Origin: Raillietiella orientalis
Lineage: Eukaryota
DNA length: 64,000 bases
Assembly: GCA_036172245.1 (NCBI GenBank)
Contig: JAYWIR010000009.1
Coordinates: forward strand, 2,542,001 to 2,606,000
Direction: 5' to 3'
Shown: positions 25,521 through 37,479 of the stretch, in pieces
Layout: each line of letters starts with the position of its first letter
Numbering within the stretch: position 1 is the stretch's first letter
Notes under the pieces: generated by a model
The model's database searches: none
What the model saw: the letters and a program-made list of their open reading frames with translations, nothing else
Told to the model about the DNA's origin: nothing
Translations under genes and position numbers: made by a program

Positions 25521-28439
25521 GAGGAACGCGTGCCCCTCCCGTGCACCGTTTGCTGGTTCTCTCAATTCTCTTCAGCTCAACGAAGACCAGTTAGTCTCCG
25601 CTCTTCGGGGGAAGAAGGAAGCAACTCCGAACGAAACACACTTTGAAACCGAAGACCGGTTCACGCAATGAACTCTTCTCGGATTCGGAGACCATCGTTC
25701 GAAAGCTGAGGATATCTTGGTTTCCCATCTGTAACTTTGCCGAAATCATTAGCAAGCATTTCATAAATAAGCCACGATTATCTTTACAAAGATAAGACGG
25801 TTCCTGCGTTTCTTCAATCAATTTCCCTTTCTCGGTGATGGGTGCGGACTCCGTCGAACTTCAAATACGGCTCAGGCGAATAAAGAATGAAAGATCGTTG
25901 CACCTCTGTGTCCTCCAGGAAACAGGCGCGCTGGAGATCACCCGAAGGACAAAGCCAAGACTGACCCAAAGCAGCCGCTTGTCCTGGAACCCGCGCCGAG
26001 GAGTTTCCGGTGGAGATTTGTTGCCCCTGGGACATTTCCGCAAGCAAGCGATCTCTTCTGAGGTGCAAGCCTGAGCTCGGCATTGGGGATGAGTCTGATC
26101 GGTATCCCCCGGCGAAGACCTGTTTGTGTGATCAACAAACAGGAATGGCAACGCCAACGTGTTCAATCGCTTGAGGGAATGCTCAGAGGACTGGCGAAGA
26201 CATGCAACATTCCTCAAGTAGTATTGCGACAGATTCCTAGTTTGAGTTTTTTCTAACCGGCCAAATGAACCTAAGAAGTGACAGTTGACTGCATTTACAA
26301 GTACCAGAATTCGGCTGATGGACTGTTGTCTCTTCGGAGCTCATACTCGCCCAAGTCGGAAATTAAGACGCTGCTGAACACCACAGTCCGCTAGGATGTC
26401 CTTATAACCTCTCTCTGTATGAAAACTGACGCCATCCCAGAAGCCTTAACCAGCTATCCATCATCCTAGATGAACCAGAAAAGTTACCGAAATCTGTGGC
26501 ATCAGCCACAGATTCATACCTGCCCCACTCGCTTTTATCAATCCCTACGATTTCATCGCTATAACTGAACCTTAGAATTTCGGTTAAAAGGCAGCAGTGC
26601 TTTTCAAGTTGCAATTAGCACAGTAAATTATAGCATCAACCCATCCAATTCCGCCCTTAATGCCTACATATTGAGTTCTTCTCCTCTGCTTTACCATCCA
26701 TTGCCCTCATCTCACTCATTTCATATCCTAGAGGACTCTTACCATCCATGTTCATAGTGGTTTTCCTTCAGTCAATTAAGCTACTACGCTCTTTATTGCT
26801 GCAGAATCCATGGAATAGACGGCTTCATTTGCCTTATTCTCTCATAGCTACAACTTCTTACACTCCCTCTCACTCGCATTCATCTCCTCTCCCTTTAACC
26901 TTCCTTTATGATGCTGAATTTCGAGGATGTTGCATGACTATTCGTATCCCTACTTATTTATACGCGTACTCTTTTAGTACGTGTAATACCAGTAACTTGC
27001 GATTATCAAGCAAAAGAAAGTTGTTTTAGTGTAACGGAGCACACTATCCCTTCGAGATAAACTCAAGAACACTTGAGTTGAGCTCATGCAGCCCGGGAAA
27101 CCGGAGGCACGAAAAGAAATCAGGGGCGATGATCTCCTTTGAGCAGATCGAAACTCCGGTGACCTTCGAGATGAAGCCGCTGAACACCTCGACTGCTGAT
27201 CCCCACCACCGCCTCTCAGACGACGAATCTCCGAGTATCCATCATCTCCACCCGGGGATCCTCATTAGAGGAGGTGTTAAGTTACGAGAAAGCCATTTTA
27301 CGGAATCTACCGCATACGCAGCCAGCAGCCGCATCCGAATGGACGCTCGTCTTTTCGGGAACAGAGGAAACTCTTGGGTGCAGCGAACTAGAAATGACAT
27401 CTTGCTGAACATAAAAAAGACTCGAGGAGGGAATGGAAATGGAAACTGCTCGAAATTTATGTCCCTTTAGTGCAAGCTCGTTGTCTCTATAAAGCATCTT
27501 CGGCTCCCTTCAGGATAATAGCGCAGACCTGGACGGCTGAGGATGCAACCTTCTACCACGATTCAACAGGTCCGTATTTCAAAAGTGGCCTACAGCCTCG
27601 AAAGGAAGAAGAAGAAGAAAAAAAAAAACTCATTTCAAACTGCATCTGATGTGTAAGGTAATGCCGGCTTGCGGAGTACCTCAACCCCTCGCGATCAAGG
27701 GAATTCCAAGTGGATTCCGAAAGCCTAAGGGTGGCTACCGGTCCATCGCGACGGAAAAACGACTCGTTCGAAAGATCTTCCGTCTTCTCACGGTGAGTCT
27801 AATTTATTTTAAGAAGGAACACACGAGCTGGAGAGCCATAAATCACGTTCCTTTCTGACCTCCTCCCCCCCTCTCTTTTTTTCTTTTCTGCGGCCGACGA
27901 TTAAGGAACATGATTGGGAAAACTTTGGGGATCCGATAGAAAATTTGCGCCGCAAAGAATTCGGATTCGGCCCCTGCCAAACGGTGGCATCCTGCCAAAG
28001 ATTCTGATCCCGCTCCCCGGAGGGGAAAACAGATAGCGCGGCGGCGGCGATGCTGGTCGACAGAGCTGCGCGCGCGGACCAGCGACGGTCCCCTGATTTT
28101 GGCAATTTAATAGGAGCATAAATCTTCGAGATGTTGATTATCTTCCTGATTTCTGTCTGCAGTTTCGTCTTTAGCTGCTAACAAGTTGAGCGGAAGACGG
28201 TCCGACGCCATCTTGGCGAGGCCAGAGCAGCGTCGTGTGCTGCTGCTCCGATTTCCTCGCACGCCGCCTCGTCCGTCAGACGGAAACGAGACAGGAAGCG
28301 TTAGTTTCCGAGTTTCCGTCAAGTTGACCTGCGGTCCAAGAGGGCCGGAGCACCGCCGATGCTGCCCGGAACGACCCACCTTCCCAAGGGCGCATTCACA
28401 TTTATTAGGGTCAGCGACGACAGCTGGTGACCGGCGAGG

Positions 28440-29310
28440 TGGGAGTGCACCACCGCGGGAAAAGAGGAAACTCCTTGGCAGCTGGAAGATGAGCAAGCTG
28501 GTGGACACCGCATCCAGGCGAAGGGACTCCTTCGGTGGTCCGAACTGTGAAGTGCATTCCATGAAGAACTCGTGATCCCTCCCTTCTGCTTGGAGCCTTC
28601 TGCCTTCCGGCTGTCTTGGAAGCAGACAGTGATGCTCTTACTGCACTGGGGAGGACTCCAGTGCTACCAGCACCGGGACTTCGTCGTCTCCTGGGGGGAT
28701 TGCATCCTCGAGCTGTAGTTCCAGACTCAGGTCGGCAGAGTCCCCCCCGCACCTGGTTTGGGATTGCATTACTCTCCGAGAATGTTGGCGGAGGCTGCAC
28801 CAGCAGGAGACCGCCCGCGTGCGGAGACTTTTTAAACGACGGACTCTCGGCAAACGCAGTGGTCGCAACGATGGTGGTTGTGTCTGAGGCATCTCCACGG
28901 CCCTCCATGTGCCCGATGCGCCGACGCAGTGAAGGGAGGTCATCATCATGACCGCTGCTTACATGAGGGCAGTGGCAAGGAGGCCTCACCTCGATGAAGG
29001 AGATCACCGGCATCTAGTGCCGGTTTTGAAGTGAGTGAATGGCCGACGCCGGAGACCTTTGTTCCCAGTCTCCCTTTATTTTCTTTCGTTTTTGTCCCCA
29101 TTTCCCACTTTCGCTCCGGTCTTTTCCTGGCATTTTATATATTCATCCCTGTGCATACGGATAGACACCAAAGTCCCTTGCCCTATTCCTCCCGCCCTTC
29201 CTTATTTTTTTTTCTTGTTGTTGTCCCTCTTTCTCTCTGCCGCGTTCCGGACTTTCGGATGTGTCTACCGGTGTGTACGTGGACGCTTCGCCATGAACTC
29301 CGTTTATCTT
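28440..29310 (+). mobile_element. L1/Tx1-like LINE 3' fragment J
   Basis: QTVMLLLHWGGLQC...SAESPPHLVWDCITLREC...REVIIMTAAYMRAVARRPHL is homologous to B and E. Pyrimidine-rich 3' UTR at 29050-29310. Confidence 0.7.
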
Positions 29311-29321
29311 TCTCAGAGGAG

Positions 29322-30374
29322 GTCCGCGTCGGCTGCCGTGTGTTCGCGCGTGGCACCTGGCAACGCGGGTTCGAATCCCGCCCTGGGAAGAGTGGACGCC
29401 GAGAAGTCGGAGGCGTGTCATGGGTTTCGATTCCTCCCCTCCAGGATGGCGCTGGTTGGCCTACTTGGGTGCGTCACTGGTGAAGGCCTGAAACCGGATG
29501 CTCCACGTTGACTGGGAAGGACTGGAAATTGACTCTCCGGGGTCTCTCCTAGAATCAGGGAGCCCTTTGGGACTTACTTCCGGTTGGAAAAATAGGGTCA
29601 TCAACCCCCTTAGGGGGGAGGACAACCTCCATCTTGTATCATGGAGCTGGATGATTGATGATGCCTCTCCAGAGAGTGCGTAGAAGAGGGCTGCTCCCTT
29701 CAGGAGCGTCCCTGCGTCTTCCACCGACCGGCACCTGAAACTACAGCTCCGGGATGCAACCCCTCAGGTGACGAAGATGTCCCGGTACCTGTTGCACTGG
29801 AGTCCCCAGTTCAGAAAGGTCAACACAGCCTGATTCCAGGATAGCGAAAACGCAGAAACGTCCGGAGAGGGGTAAGGCAACACTCGAAAGCTCGCTCCGC
29901 CGAAAGCAATCGTTTCGCCTGGAGACGCGCAATGACGGCGTACACCAGCTAGTGCCTTCCAGTCACCAAGAAGTTTGTCCTTTTCTGAGATGGGGGTGCA
30001 CTTCCTTTAAAAAAATTGGGAAGCATCTTTTCGGGGTTCTCTTCAGAGGAGGATGCAAGCGGCGGTTCCCTTGCGGGTTCCTTCCAGACAAGAATTGAGG
30101 AATGGTGCCCTCTGGAAAGAATAAGGGGAGATCGGAAGAAGGAGACAACCGGAATCGAAGGTTTCCTTTGGCGTTTCCTTCCAAGAACAGAGTCTTTCCT
30201 CTGGAGCTTTCCTGGATTCACAGGGTGGTCCCTCCGGGGTTGTCTCCTGTAACTTGAAGAGTGCCACGCACCCTCGGGTAGCGTGGATGGTGAAGTCAGC
30301 TTAAGGAGCTTTATGGGCCCCTTCTTAAGAAGGCAAGCAGTTCTTGAGCACTTGGAGAACTAAGACGAAAAAAA
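29322..30374 (+). mobile_element. Hairpin-array SINE-like element, copy S3 (with a ~230-bp unrelated insert at ~29725-29960)
   Basis: Perfect T-arm GCGGG-TTCGAAT-CCCGC at 29365-29381, conserved core, array, subterminal hairpin at 30264-30286, 3' motif at 30332-30362 and A7 tail. Confidence 0.8.
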
Positions 30375-30429
30375 GCGGGAAGAAAAGCAGGGACATTAGA
30401 ACTCCAAAAGGATTTTCATCATCCTAGAC

Positions 30430-31170
30430 TAGTTGCCTCTAGCGTGGAGCAGTGGCGTCCTCCCCCTCGAGTGGCGGGAGTCGGCGTTGCTGGTGGTGCA
30501 TGGGAGGAATCCCGTGCAAAGCGTGCCTCCACCACTGGTCACAGGGGTAGCGTGGGTTCTCAGTGTGCGACGAGAGAGGAAAGAAGGCGACCCGACAGCA
30601 CCTGTCATTGGACCGAGCTGTCCTCCGATCCCTTTAGGATCGCCTCGCGGAGACCTCAGGATCCCCGATGGGCAGCCCCAGGGGCATTTCCAAACACCTT
30701 TTCGTGCATGGTACCGCACTGCCGCCAGCCGAATCCCTCTCACAGTTCTCTGCTGTCTTCGTGGGAATCACGGTGATCTGGAAAGTAGGAAGAGGCCAAA
30801 GTGGAAGGGATGCCGTCCACTGGGCGGAGACCTTTCTTAAAACCGCCTCGAGATGACCCCATCTGGGCGAGACACGAACGGAACTAGCCAGCATCCACAA
30901 CAGGATGCAGAGGACTCCTGGCAGCATACTGTGTGATCCCTTCCTCGATCTCCCCCCCTCCCCTCTTGACCGTGTACAGTTTCCCTTACCCTGCTTTGTT
31001 TGTGTTTTGGTTTTCCCCACCCCCACTGCCAAAGCGGATTTCTCTGGTCTGCGCACCACTCTTCGGCAGGTTCATCGCACGTGGTAGAACCAACGGCTTC
31101 TCCACACCAATTGATTCTTACTTTGGCTTTTCTTGACAAATGTCCCGGCACAACTCGGTGATAAACATGA
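30430..31170 (+). mobile_element. L1/Tx1-like LINE 3' fragment D
   Basis: WSSGVLPLEWRESALLVVHGRNP...HHW...QHLSLD...ISKHLF...PAESL...AETFLKTASR*PHL is collinear with fragment E. Confidence 0.75.
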
Positions 31171-31851
31171 GAGCAGGGTGATCTCATGATTTTCACAGGA
31201 TAAACTTCCCCGCATGAATGCCCCGGAAAGAATTTCCATTTACTGAGCATTCAGGGAGTTGCGCCCGACTTTCAAATAGCTGAGAACTGGATACGGGGAT
31301 GAGGACGAAGGCAAAGACCGAGGAAGTAGCTTGGTGCGCACTTCTTGTGCATGCCGATGGGTATCCGTAAGCCGAGGATTTTCGGCAGATGCCAAGTTCG
31401 TAGGGATGCGCGCCCCTCGACGCAGCAGTGCGCTGGGGGTCAAGCGCACCCGGCAGAGGAATAGGATCCCTTTGAGGGATCCACGGTGGCTTGAGAGGGA
31501 GGTGCAGAGAGGCTCATAGAAATCTTCACCTACAAGTGGAAGTGCAGATGGGGCTCATTGAGGTTCCGTGCTCCCTTCTTCTAATACGCGGAACAACCGC
31601 AGAATCTGCATCTTTTGCATCTTATGCATCTTCTTCAGCAATCTGCATCACCTTGCTTTCGAAAAAAGCGCGGCCGATCCAAGTGATTTACGTAATGCGA
31701 CCGGTGTGCGCGCGCCTCCTCTTGAGCACGCTCCAAACGCATGGGACAGAGTCCATCCGACGCGCATGCGCCGCATCCCGTGGTCGAAAGAGGAATGGAT
31801 AAGATGTCTGGAATCCCCGGGTGCAGATGTTTCTCGCAAAGGACGCTATTG

Positions 31852-32295
31852 TCTTTATTTTTGGTTCGCTGAGCACTCAAGAACCGTTCGCCTGGGGGCT
31901 CATAGAGCTCTTTGATACTTGTCCGCACCACCTGGGGGTGAGTGTGCTTTGACACCTCTTCAAGTTAAGGGGCACCCTGGTGGAGACGGTCCCATTATTT
32001 CTTCTCCACAGGGAACCCCCAAAGGAACCGCTCCTTGCTACTCCTCGGAACAGAACCTCGAAGGTTCCCAATTTTCTCGTGAGGGATCTTCCCCGAAGAG
32101 GGAGCAGCGCACTTCTTGACACTCTGGAGAGGAAGCAGCCAGCTCCCTGGCACTCCGTGGTACGCGCCTCGATTTTCACAACCAAAAGAGAACGACCTCG
32201 GAAAGAACCAGCTCCTTGACTCCTGGAAGGACCCAGACCTGGAATTTGCAATCCCGGCCAGTCATCGGAGGCATCCGGCTTTCACCAGTGGCGCA
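31852..32295 (-). mobile_element. Hairpin-array SINE-like element, body and tail (S4b)
   Basis: Begins at the core motif TGCGCCACTGGTGAA, continues through array units, and ends GGCGAACGGTTCTTGAGTGCTCAGCGAACCAAAAATAAA. Confidence 0.75.
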
Positions 32296-32299
32296 TTCT

Positions 32300-32405
32300 C
32301 CCAGCCCACTGACGCTGCGACCCCGAGTGCTCGACCTCGTGGACTTTTGCGCTGGGGCAAGCTACTGGGTATTCCGGAGGAAGACCTGCAGTTTTTCCCT
32401 AAGTC
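32300..32405 (+). mobile_element. Short internal fragment of the L1/Tx1-like LINE
   Basis: TLRPRVLDLVDFCAGASYW / IPEEDLQ matches fragment G (TLRCRVLNPVNFCQGASYWELPVEDLQ). Confidence 0.6.
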
Positions 32406-32422
32406 CCACTAGGGGTGGGGTG

Positions 32423-33745
32423 AATTTATTTATTTATGTTTTTACATTTATACTACAATTTCATTCATACAAGTTACACAGAAAAACTTCACTACACTTC
32501 ACGAGTGTTCTCTTGAAGTCTATTTCTTTGGGTCTCTGAAAGTTCACTGCACTTATTTACCTGAGCGTCGTTTGAGCCTAGATGCTGCCTTCAATCCTTC
32601 TCAGGATGTGACGGTACTCTTCCACAGTTCCTGACGCAGATCTCCTTCTGGATAAGTTCTTTCAGGATGTCCATCGAAGATACGGCAGTCCTGGTGGTCT
32701 TCATCTTCCACCACCGCACAAGAATGGCGGTGATGAAGAGGGCGATGGTCACTCTTACCATTGGGTTGGCAGGGAACCGTTCCATTTCCTTGGAACATCC
32801 CTGCCAAGACCGCCATGGTCGAGTCATTGGGCAGCCCGATAACCCTTTTCAGGGTAAATCACTTGGTTTGCAATGTGGGGCAGATCAAAACATGACGTCT
32901 TGTATCGATGCCACCACATGCACTGCAGATTTCTTCTTCCCTTTTGCCCGTGAAAAACTTCATTCTGGATCCACTCAGGATGCCTCCATGGTGAAACATA
33001 AGGAGGTTATCCTGAATGTCCGGTGGCAGTTTACTCCTCCAGAGCACCGTTTCAATCGCTAGTGGATTAAATCCACTGCTGGCGTGGAGGTCGGCGGCTT
33101 CTTGGAGGCATTGGTGTCTTGTTCTTCGACTATTAGTCGGCGTACGTTGAGCTTGGTTACCCTGGCGAAGTCGTTATGGTTTTTCCACACTTCGCGGGTC
33201 CTATGGGTGAAGCTGCCAGAGATCCTTTGGACGTAACGGAGCACCCTGGAATGGTGTAGGTATCGCTGCCGTTTCCATGCCTCAGTGGCTTTCAAAGTAA
33301 CTCTGGACCGCTTGCGTATCCAGCTCCTCGTGTCATCCTGCACGGGGAGCATCTACGGGATAACCAGGATGGATTCCTCCTGCCAGAGTTCTTTGCTTTT
33401 CGGGATGATCTTGATTTGTTCTTTCCTTATTAGTTGCTGTTTTCTCCGCCATGTTGGGTCGATGGTGGACCATTCGCCCACTCTGCCGAGAAGTGCAGTC
33501 ATCAGGCCTCTCGGGTTGTTCAACAGCGAGTACGCTTTGTACGCTGCATACTGCCAGTCGTCCCAGTTGGAAGACATGTCCAGGATTTGTCGCACGTCCA
33601 TGATGTCCATGGCGTGTGCAAGTGACTTCATCCTGGTCCCACCTTCTTCCTTAGGCGTACTCTCGGTCGGTATCCTCCCCAAAAGGTCTTCCTTTGAAGC
33701 TTTTCCACCACTCTCTTCGTATCTTTGAACATTCTGTAGATGGAT
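32423..33745 (-). mobile_element. L1/Tx1-like LINE 3' fragment F (second subfamily)
   Basis: TPKEEGG.RMKSL (like PKEEGGLG) and LWRSKLPPDIQDNLLMFHHGGI...EICSACGGIDTRRHVLICP (clear zf-RVT). The 3' UTR ends in (TAAA)3. Confidence 0.85.
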
Positions 33746-34490
33746 GGATTCTACTGGATGTCCCGTTGGAACACCTGCAGTGGCCCCCAGTGCTCTTGAA
33801 CACCCGCACCCTTCCCTTGAAGTGTCAGGAGTCGGCGTTGATGATGCTGCATATGGGCCTCCCGTGCAATGCCCGCCGGCATCTGTAAACACGGAGGTGT
33901 GTGAACCCAAACTGTGAACGCTGTGGGGAGCAGGAGTCCTTCCCGCACCTCTTGGTAGACTGTGTTGCCCTCCGGCCCCTTTAGGGACTCTTGGCCATGG
34001 CCCTTGGAACCCCTGGAGGCAACGCTAGAGACGTTTTAAAGCACCTCCTCCTGCGCAACGCGTTCTCGCCAGCCGCATCCCTAGCAGCACTGTGCTGCCT
34101 ACGCGGGATCGTGGCCGCATGAAACAACGCCAGAGGCCAGAACCACAGGGCCGCCATCCATTTTGCTGCCCTCTACATGACAACAGCATCAAGATGGCTC
34201 CATCTGTGTGTCTTGAAACAGAAACTTGCCGGCATCCTTGCAAGGATGCAGTGGGCGCCCTCCAACACACAGCGATCCCTTCCCGAACCCTCTCTTCCCT
34301 TTATCTTTTTTGATTGCAGTTTCTTTGTTTTTTTTTCTATTTTTGTTTGTCTTCCCTTCCTTATGCTGCCGAGGTGCACCCTGCTGGCCTGCGTGCCAGA
34401 TCCCGGCAGGTTCCTCCTTGTAGTTATAAGTAACGTGGCATGATCAAACGTCCTGCTACAGACATGTATGTTTATTTTATAAATAAACGC
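33745..34490 (+). mobile_element. L1/Tx1-like LINE 3' fragment E
   Basis: TLPLKCQESALMMLHMGLPC...NPNCERCGEQESFPHLLVDC...FSPAASLAALCCL, with in-frame stops. The 3' end is TATAAATAAA at ~34478-34487. Confidence 0.85.
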
Positions 34491-34494
34491 CCCG

Positions 34495-34696
34495 GCGTGA
34501 CTGTATGTCAACCTGTGGAGCACCCGAAACCTGCAAGTCAACCAGCGCCATCGTGTGAGCGAGGTTGGCAACCCACAACGCACCCATTTCTCGGCCTCGA
34601 CCCTTCCCCGGACGGGATTCGAACCTGCGACGACCGTACCGACCAGGCGCGGAGCTCCCCAACCACCGCACACGGCCGCCAAAGCAGGCAGCGGGG
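34495..34696 (-). mobile_element. Hairpin-array SINE-like element, tRNA-like head and core only (S4a)
   Basis: TGGCGGCCGTGTG (A-box-like), T-arm GCAGG-TTCGAAT-CCCGT at 34612-34628, and core GCCGAGAAATGGGTGCGTTGTGGGTT...GATGGCGCTGGTTG. Confidence 0.8.
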
Positions 34697-35839
34697 TCTT
34701 CGTGCAACGGTCTCCGTAGGTCAGTCTCCTCTTCCTGCTCGTGCAGTCATAGGGAATGATTGCAGCTCTCGCAGTCCGCGGCCACTCATTTTCCTGCAAA
34801 GCTGGGTGGCCGGAAACAATCTCCGACTTCGATTTAGATCCCACACGACGAGCTGAAGGGGATGAAAAATCGTAGGGATAGGCTGGAAGGGAAGAGAGAA
34901 GGGAAGGGGAGGAAATGTAAGCGCGCAATTATAGAACATAGTGATGCAGACACTCGTAGAAAAATCTATTAGCCTCGCACGCGCGTACACGCATCAGCCT
35001 CTTGGACACTGCGGCCCCTCCGCGGACTTACGAACGCACTCTCAATGTCTGCACGAGGATTTAGGAACGGAAACGCAAATTCTTGATTCAGAATCGACTA
35101 TCAGATCGAATAAACGAGATGAGGAATGAGGAAAGATAGAAAGAAAGAAAGAAAAGAAAACAAGAGGAAAACACACACACACGAAACAGTTCCATAGAAA
35201 TGAGGAACGCAGAGAAAGGATCACACGACGGAGAAGGTTTGCCTTAGCAGGAGATGCACGCGTTTCCCTGCCAACCTGCTCTCTTCAATTTCCCAGCCTT
35301 CTTCTTGTTTGGGATGCCCAGTCGTGGCTTGAAGCTTCATGTTCCTTTGTCAACCACCACCGGTTTCAGCAAACGCATGCTGCGATCAGAAATGATAGGA
35401 AGCCGCCAGCTGCTGACCCTTGGAAAGGGTAGACAGACCATTCAAGATAAGTAGCGGTCCTCCGCCGAGAAACTCCATCAAAATGTATTGCAGTGTTACA
35501 CGATCTCGTGAGCTCATGTTATTCTAATCTGAAACTCCACTTGAGCATCCTACCGTGAAAGGCAAATACTTTTTTACGATTGGTACATAAAATAGATAAA
35601 AATGCATTCTTCCATGCAATCCACAAGCTGACCGGCTGCCCGCTAGAGCACATAGCTGCCCTCCTAGAGCTTCTAGATACATTCAAGGACTCAAAAACTC
35701 CTAAATAAAGGTTTGACTTCTTTCTCTGAAGTTCTCATTGCTTCCGTCAGGACCTAAAAGGATTGTGCCTCCCTACATCTTTGTGCTCCAATGAAAGTAC
35801 TGTTCCCGATATTACGGAGCAAACAAGGTATTTGGGATT

Positions 35840-36062
35840 CGTTTCCCAGAGGCTCCAGCGACTTCTCAGAAAGAACTCTCAGCTGCTTCGGACGGATGGT
35901 CACTGCTGCTGCCCCCACCGGGCGTCCTCTTGGCATAGCTCGCTCCAGATAGGCTCGAAACGAAACAACCGAGAGCAGCTGGGCAGCTTCCACGAAAGCA
36001 GCACCGTGGACTGATGGAAGATGGACGCCCTTGACACTGTGAAACGCTTTGCACGTCATCTC
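35840..36062. repeat. Unclassified ~220-bp dispersed repeat, copy 1
   Basis: Diverged direct repeat of 38898-39110, sharing GGCGTCCTCTTGGCATAGCT and ACCGTGGACTGATGGAAGATGGAC. Confidence 0.85.
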
Positions 36063-37479
36063 CGGTTGCGCACGGTGCAACCGAATCACAAAAATGAGCA
36101 GATCGCTTGCTGGATTTTTCGGTCCACATTTCCCAACACGTTTGGAATCATTTTTCCCTTCACATTTTGTAACAAATCGTCATCATTATCAAATCCCTCA
36201 GAGGACTATAATGGCCCCAACGTCACGTTTCTGTGATTGTGTGATGCCAACAGACGATCCCAGTTGCTGCTTCCTCTCTGAATCGCATGTACAGATGCGT
36301 TGTCATCATCTCTCCATCCACTGCTTTGGTCGCCCGATTTCCTCAATCCTGGAGTTCCTTTGCTGCCGATTTCCTTCGACGCCGAACCAAGTTCCGGCAG
36401 TGGCATTCTCAATCTCTCGGTTTCAAGAGCCAGCGTCCCGACTCATCGGTCATCTTCCCTCGATTCGAGCCCTTGTTAAGAATGGTTAGGAAGGAAGGAA
36501 CCTCTCTTTCTTACCTTGCGATCTCCAGTTCTGTTCCTCGACCTTTGCACGGACAACCCTCTTGTGCAAAGCAACGCAGTGTGGTAAAATACATTCAGAG
36601 AAGGAACCGATTCATCCATATTCTCGTTCGATAATTTGCTGATCCTTGCGACTGCATCCGCACCCTTAAAAATCACGAAACCTGAAGTCCCTCGTTTCCA
36701 CCCCATCGCTGACTCGATGCTGAGCGGACAGCCTAGGTGAAGTCGTGTGATGATGACCACCAATGACTAGTGGAACAGAATCTGCGGCGTAGCGTCCGCA
36801 TCTTCAATTATTCCTTTGAAGGAAGACGGGAAAAGCGAAATCTCATTCCAGGGAGTGCTTCCCCCCCCCCCCCAAAAAAAAGTGCAATTATTAAACGGAG
36901 AGGATATCCGTCAAATCAAAATTCAGGCAACAGCCAGCAAGCATCTCACATCCCTGGACTCAATGTTTCCGAGAATCTGGGAAATCACAGATCCTTTTGA
37001 AGATGAGGGCGATTCCCTTTTCATTCGAATACATTTCCATTGAGTGGTATTTATTATTCATTCAAAAGCGCGATTTTCTACCTGTTGTGGAATCCAGGGA
37101 AATTCAGAAATTTCGAGTAATTCCTAGTTTTGCTTCCCTGTTTGAACCGCTTAGATAGAACGGACTTCAACTAATTCTCCTTTGCTGTCATCTTAGATCC
37201 CAGCTTTCCAACCCAGCGGTAAATGATACGATTTGAAAGTCTGAGACATTCTTTAAATTCCAGTCCATCGAACGCCTCTTCCCACCAAAAAGTTGTCCCT
37301 CATGGAGGAAGGGACACCAGGCATTTCCTGAAGCATCCAGAACCAAATTTATCTAAAAATTGCAATGGATGTCTGCAAAGTATGGTAACGGAAAATGCAA
37401 GGGTCGTAAGGTAATCGTAAGGTCGCTACTCGCCTCAGGATGACGGAAATCCTTCCTTTCCGTCTTCGCCGTTCTTCGA

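Noticed and set aside
29322..29390. Functional tRNA genes at SINE heads (also 47043-47100)
   Set aside because: Only the T-arm is intact. No consistent D or anticodon arm and no oligo-T terminator follows.
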